From Gemmatales bacterium (GTDB lineage Bacteria > Planctomycetota > Planctomycetia > Gemmatales > HRBIN36): DNA of 64,000 nt. Numbering within the stretch: position 1 is the stretch's first letter; each line of letters begins with the position of its first letter. The notes beneath the pieces are model-generated. The model made no database searches, was not told where the DNA came from, and saw only the letters and a list, made by a program, of their open reading frames with translations. Of this stretch, positions 61,020-64,000 are shown piece by piece. The position numbers were made by a program, and so were the translations under genes. The stretch is taken from contig JBEPZY010000009.1 of assembly GCA_041640595.1 (NCBI GenBank), positions 64,001-128,000 of the forward strand, given 5' to 3'.

Positions 61020-62438
61020 ATGGATCGGCCTCGCACTCTCGGCGAACTCAAAGCCTCCGGTTATCAGCCAGTCAGTGTCAAGGAGGAAATGCGCAGAAAC
61101 TTGATTCGCATGCTCCAGCAGGGAGAACCTTTATTCCCCGGCATCCTTGGTTATGAAGAAACTGTTATCCCCGAGATTTGCAATGCTATCCTTTCTAAGC
61201 ATGATATGCTGTTATTAGGTTTACGGGGCCAGGCCAAGACTCGCATCATTCGCATGCTGACCCGATTTCTCGACGACTATATTCCCGTGCTGGCTAATAC
61301 TCCGACGAACGATAATCCCTTCGCTCCTATCAGCCGGGAAGGGAAGGATTTGATCGAACAACTCGGTGACCAGGCACCTATCGCATGGCTGAGCCGCGAC
61401 CAGCGCTACCACGAAAAGCTGGCGACACCTGACGTTACCGTCGCCGACTTGATAGGTGAGATTGACCTCATCAAGCACGCTGAAGGGAAATACCTCTCCG
61501 ATGAGCGAATCATTCACTATGGCCTGATTCCTCGCACCAATCGAGGCATTTTCGCCATTAATGAGCTACCGGATCTAAGCCCGAAAATCCAGGTAGCACT
61601 GTTCAACGTGCTCGAGGAGCGGGACGTTCAAATCCGTGGTTTTCCGATACGCCTGCCGCTGGACATTTGCCTGGTATTTACGGCCAACCCCGAAGACTAT
61701 ACGAACCGCGGAAGAATCGTTACGCCTTTGAAAGACCGTATAGGTTCCGTGATTCGCACACATTATCCCCGCGACCGCAAGACAGGCGTTGCTATTATCG
61801 AAAACAATGCCTGGCTTAGACGGGAAACTTTACCCATTTACGTACCCGATTACATAAAGGCGATCATTGAAGAGACCGCGCGACTGGCACGGCAATCGCC
61901 GGCCATCAACCAGACATCCGGCGTAAGCGTCCGCTTTTCGGTCGCGGCTATGGACAATGTCCTAAGCAACGCGGAACGTCGGGCGATTTTGCTGGGCGAA
62001 GCGGTTGCCGTTCCGCGGATTACAGACTTAGCATACATAGTGGCCAGCGGCCGAGGCAAGATCGAGCCGGTCATCACCGAGGACGACAGCCAGGAAGACC
62101 GTATCCTGCACAAGCTGCTGGGCGAGGCGATTAGAAATATATTCGCGGAATCTTACGATCTAAAGTCGCTGCGGGCTGTTGTTGAATGGTTTGACAGCGG
62201 TCATACCTTTATTATCGGCGACTTATTACCATCACGCCGGTATTGGGAACAGCTGGAGGAAATTCCGGCCCTCCGGAAAGAGGTCGTTCAGCAACTTAGT
62301 GAACACGCCGGGAAAGTGCCCGCAGCGGGACGGGATCCGCTTGCGGCCAGCCTGAGCGAGTGGATACTTGAGGGGCTTTACGTACATAACAAGATTAGCA
62401 AGGCCAGTCGGGAAGGGCAGATTGCTTATCGGCGTTGA
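61020..62438 (+). CDS. magnesium-chelatase-like AAA+ ATPase
   Basis: GLRGQAKTR, NRGIFAINELPDL, TANPEDYTNRG. Confidence 0.9.
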   Translation: MDRPRTLGELKASGYQPVSVKEEMRRNLIRMLQQGEPLFPGILGYEETVIPEICNAILSKHDMLLLGLRGQAKTRIIRMLTRFLDDYIPVLANTPTNDNPFAPISREGKDLIEQLGDQAPIAWLSRDQRYHEKLATPDVTVADLIGEIDLIKHAEGKYLSDERIIHYGLIPRTNRGIFAINELPDLSPKIQVALFNVLEERDVQIRGFPIRLPLDICLVFTANPEDYTNRGRIVTPLKDRIGSVIRTHYPRDRKTGVAIIENNAWLRRETLPIYVPDYIKAIIEETARLARQSPAINQTSGVSVRFSVAAMDNVLSNAERRAILLGEAVAVPRITDLAYIVASGRGKIEPVITEDDSQEDRILHKLLGEAIRNIFAESYDLKSLRAVVEWFDSGHTFIIGDLLPSRRYWEQLEEIPALRKEVVQQLSEHAGKVPAAGRDPLAASLSEWILEGLYVHNKISKASREGQIAYRR

Positions 62439-62604
62439 CACGAAGCGGTCACTTTTTCGCCTGTTTAAAAAACCAATAAGCCCGGCGAAACTTAGCAGGG
62501 CAGGCATTTCGGTCCGAGCCTGTTTTAGGAGATCCCCTAATCTCGTTCGGCCCGCGTTGACCGGAGTATGCTTTGTTAGAAAGCTAGCGATTCGACTTGC
62601 ATGC

Positions 62605-63078
62605 TTAGACGGGCAAACCGAGGGCACGTCGCTTTTCTTCGATAAATTTTACGTGGTGGGGAATGTGGTTAATCGCGGTTTGCAATAACTGTTCGACCGT
62701 CCGCGGTCCTGCCTGATTGTGTACGGCCACACGTTGAAAATCCTCAGGCTTGAGTGTGCGCAGGATTCGCGCCAGTTGCCGTCTTGTCCACTCGATAATG
62801 TTAAGTTCCTCTTCCAGGTCGCGCTCGTGATAAGCAAGGCGCTGCACGAATAAGTCGTGATTTGCCGCAAGAATCGTGGGGCGATCTTCGGCGATCGCGC
62901 GTTTAATGCGATCGGCGAAAATCGGCTCAAAGTCGGCCAGATGGCAAACGACTTCCATAGTGCTCCACCGACCCGGAACCGGTCGGGCCAGGAGTTGCTC
63001 TTTAGTCATCCCGGCTACAGCACGACGCACTAAATCCGGGCCAGCTAAATATTCTCGAATCCGCGCTTCTATATCCAT
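62605..63078 (-). CDS. DinB family protein
   Basis: GRWS..EVVCHLAD.E, HIPHH; AAGGAG RBS. Confidence 0.9.
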   Translation of the reverse strand: MDIEARIREYLAGPDLVRRAVAGMTKEQLLARPVPGRWSTMEVVCHLADFEPIFADRIKRAIAEDRPTILAANHDLFVQRLAYHERDLEEELNIIEWTRRQLARILRTLKPEDFQRVAVHNQAGPRTVEQLLQTAINHIPHHVKFIEEKRRALGLPV

Positions 63079-63103
63079 AGTGTTGCTCCTTGATGGCGAC
63101 CGG

Positions 63104-64000
63104 CTATAGTTCAAGTTGTTGTTTTTGCCACAGCCATTGCCGACGCAAGCCTTCATCGAGACCGACCCGCGGCTGCCAGGAGAAATGAAGCCGCAATTTA
63201 GTGGTGTCCGCGAAAGTATAGCGCTGATCTCCAGGACGAGCGGCTTCCTGGCGAATCCTGGCTCGCCGACCGGTGATCATTTCCAGCTTGCGCACAATAT
63301 CCCAGACAGTAGCAGTTTCGCCACCACCGACGTTGTATGTCTCGCCTGGACAGGCGTCCATAGCGCGGAGAGTGGCTTCGACGCAATCGCTGATATAAGT
63401 GTTACCACGCACCTGCAGGCCGTCTCCGTAAATAATCACCGGCTCATCGCGCAGGAGCGCCTCGATAAAACGATGATAGGCCATATCGGGCCGTTGCCGG
63501 GGGCCATATACGGAAAAATATCGCAACACCACAAGCGGCAAACCATAAGCCTCGGCGTGAGCGCGGCATAGATGCTCAGCCGCCAGCTTGGTCACTCCAT
63601 AGGGGGAAATTGGTTTCAGGGGCAGACTTTCATCTCCGGAAGCGTAACGGCCATAGACGGAGGAAGTGCTGATATAGAGGAATCGTCTTAGCCTCGAAGC
63701 AGCAGTGCGAATCGCCTCTAATAGTCGGTGTGTAGCCAGCACATTGCAGGTCCAGTATCCTTCAAAATCCTGCCATGCCTGTACCAGACCAGGCATAGCC
63801 GCCAGGTGAAATATGTATTCGACCGAACTCACCAGCTGATTGAGATCGGCGGTTCGCAGATCAAGATCGTAAAAGCGAAAACGTGAATGGTTCAGCAATT
63901 CGGCTAAATTACGTTTTTTGATGGCGGGGTCATAGTAAGGGATGAATGCGTCAATTCCAAGAACTTCGTGCCCCTCTTGCACAAGCCGCTCGCACAAATG
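63104..64000 (-). CDS. NAD-dependent epimerase/dehydratase (5' truncated by window edge)
   Basis: HLAAMPG, STSSVYG, YGVTK, YGPRQRPDM. Confidence 0.93.
   Translation of the reverse strand, partial: HLCERLVQEGHEVLGIDAFIPYYDPAIKKRNLAELLNHSRFRFYDLDLRTADLNQLVSSVEYIFHLAAMPGLVQAWQDFEGYWTCNVLATHRLLEAIRTAASRLRRFLYISTSSVYGRYASGDESLPLKPISPYGVTKLAAEHLCRAHAEAYGLPLVVLRYFSVYGPRQRPDMAYHRFIEALLRDEPVIIYGDGLQVRGNTYISDCVEATLRAMDACPGETYNVGGGETATVWDIVRKLEMITGRRARIRQEAARPGDQRYTFADTTKLRLHFSWQPRVGLDEGLRRQWLWQKQQLEL

Overview
GC-rich bacterial chromosome segment, most likely a planctomycete (DUF1559 prepilin-like gene with H-X9-DG motif). It is mostly housekeeping: PNP, TPP riboswitch-thiC, proB, trmB, fabZ-like, an ACP/KS mini-cluster, leuA, folE, fabI, thiolase, htrA, xdhC/mocA, carB, holA, larC, tRNA-Val(GAC), tRNA-Ile(GAT) and tmRNA. 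The unusual content is largely non-coding. (1) At least 12 loci carry locus-specific direct repeats of about 30-31 or 34-39 bp separated by unique spacers of about 32-43 nt (mostly 34-37), with periods of 65-68 or 71-75 bp. This is CRISPR geometry with a different repeat at each site. Comparing three copies of a small MITE-like element shows two of these are insertions of 36-37 nt with a 30-bp target duplication, which would fit widespread off-target Cas1-Cas2-type spacer integration (inference; no cas gene is in the window). (2) A three-gene membrane GTPase operon follows tmRNA: GTPase-TM-duplicated helical repeat-C2 domain, plus two membrane proteins sharing an unnamed domain. (3) A complete leucine leader-peptide attenuator precedes leuA. 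(4) Two REP-like palindrome arrays have orientation-determined linkers. (5) A shared 195-bp trailer follows two different tRNA genes. All identities and coordinates were counted by eye; no database searches were run.
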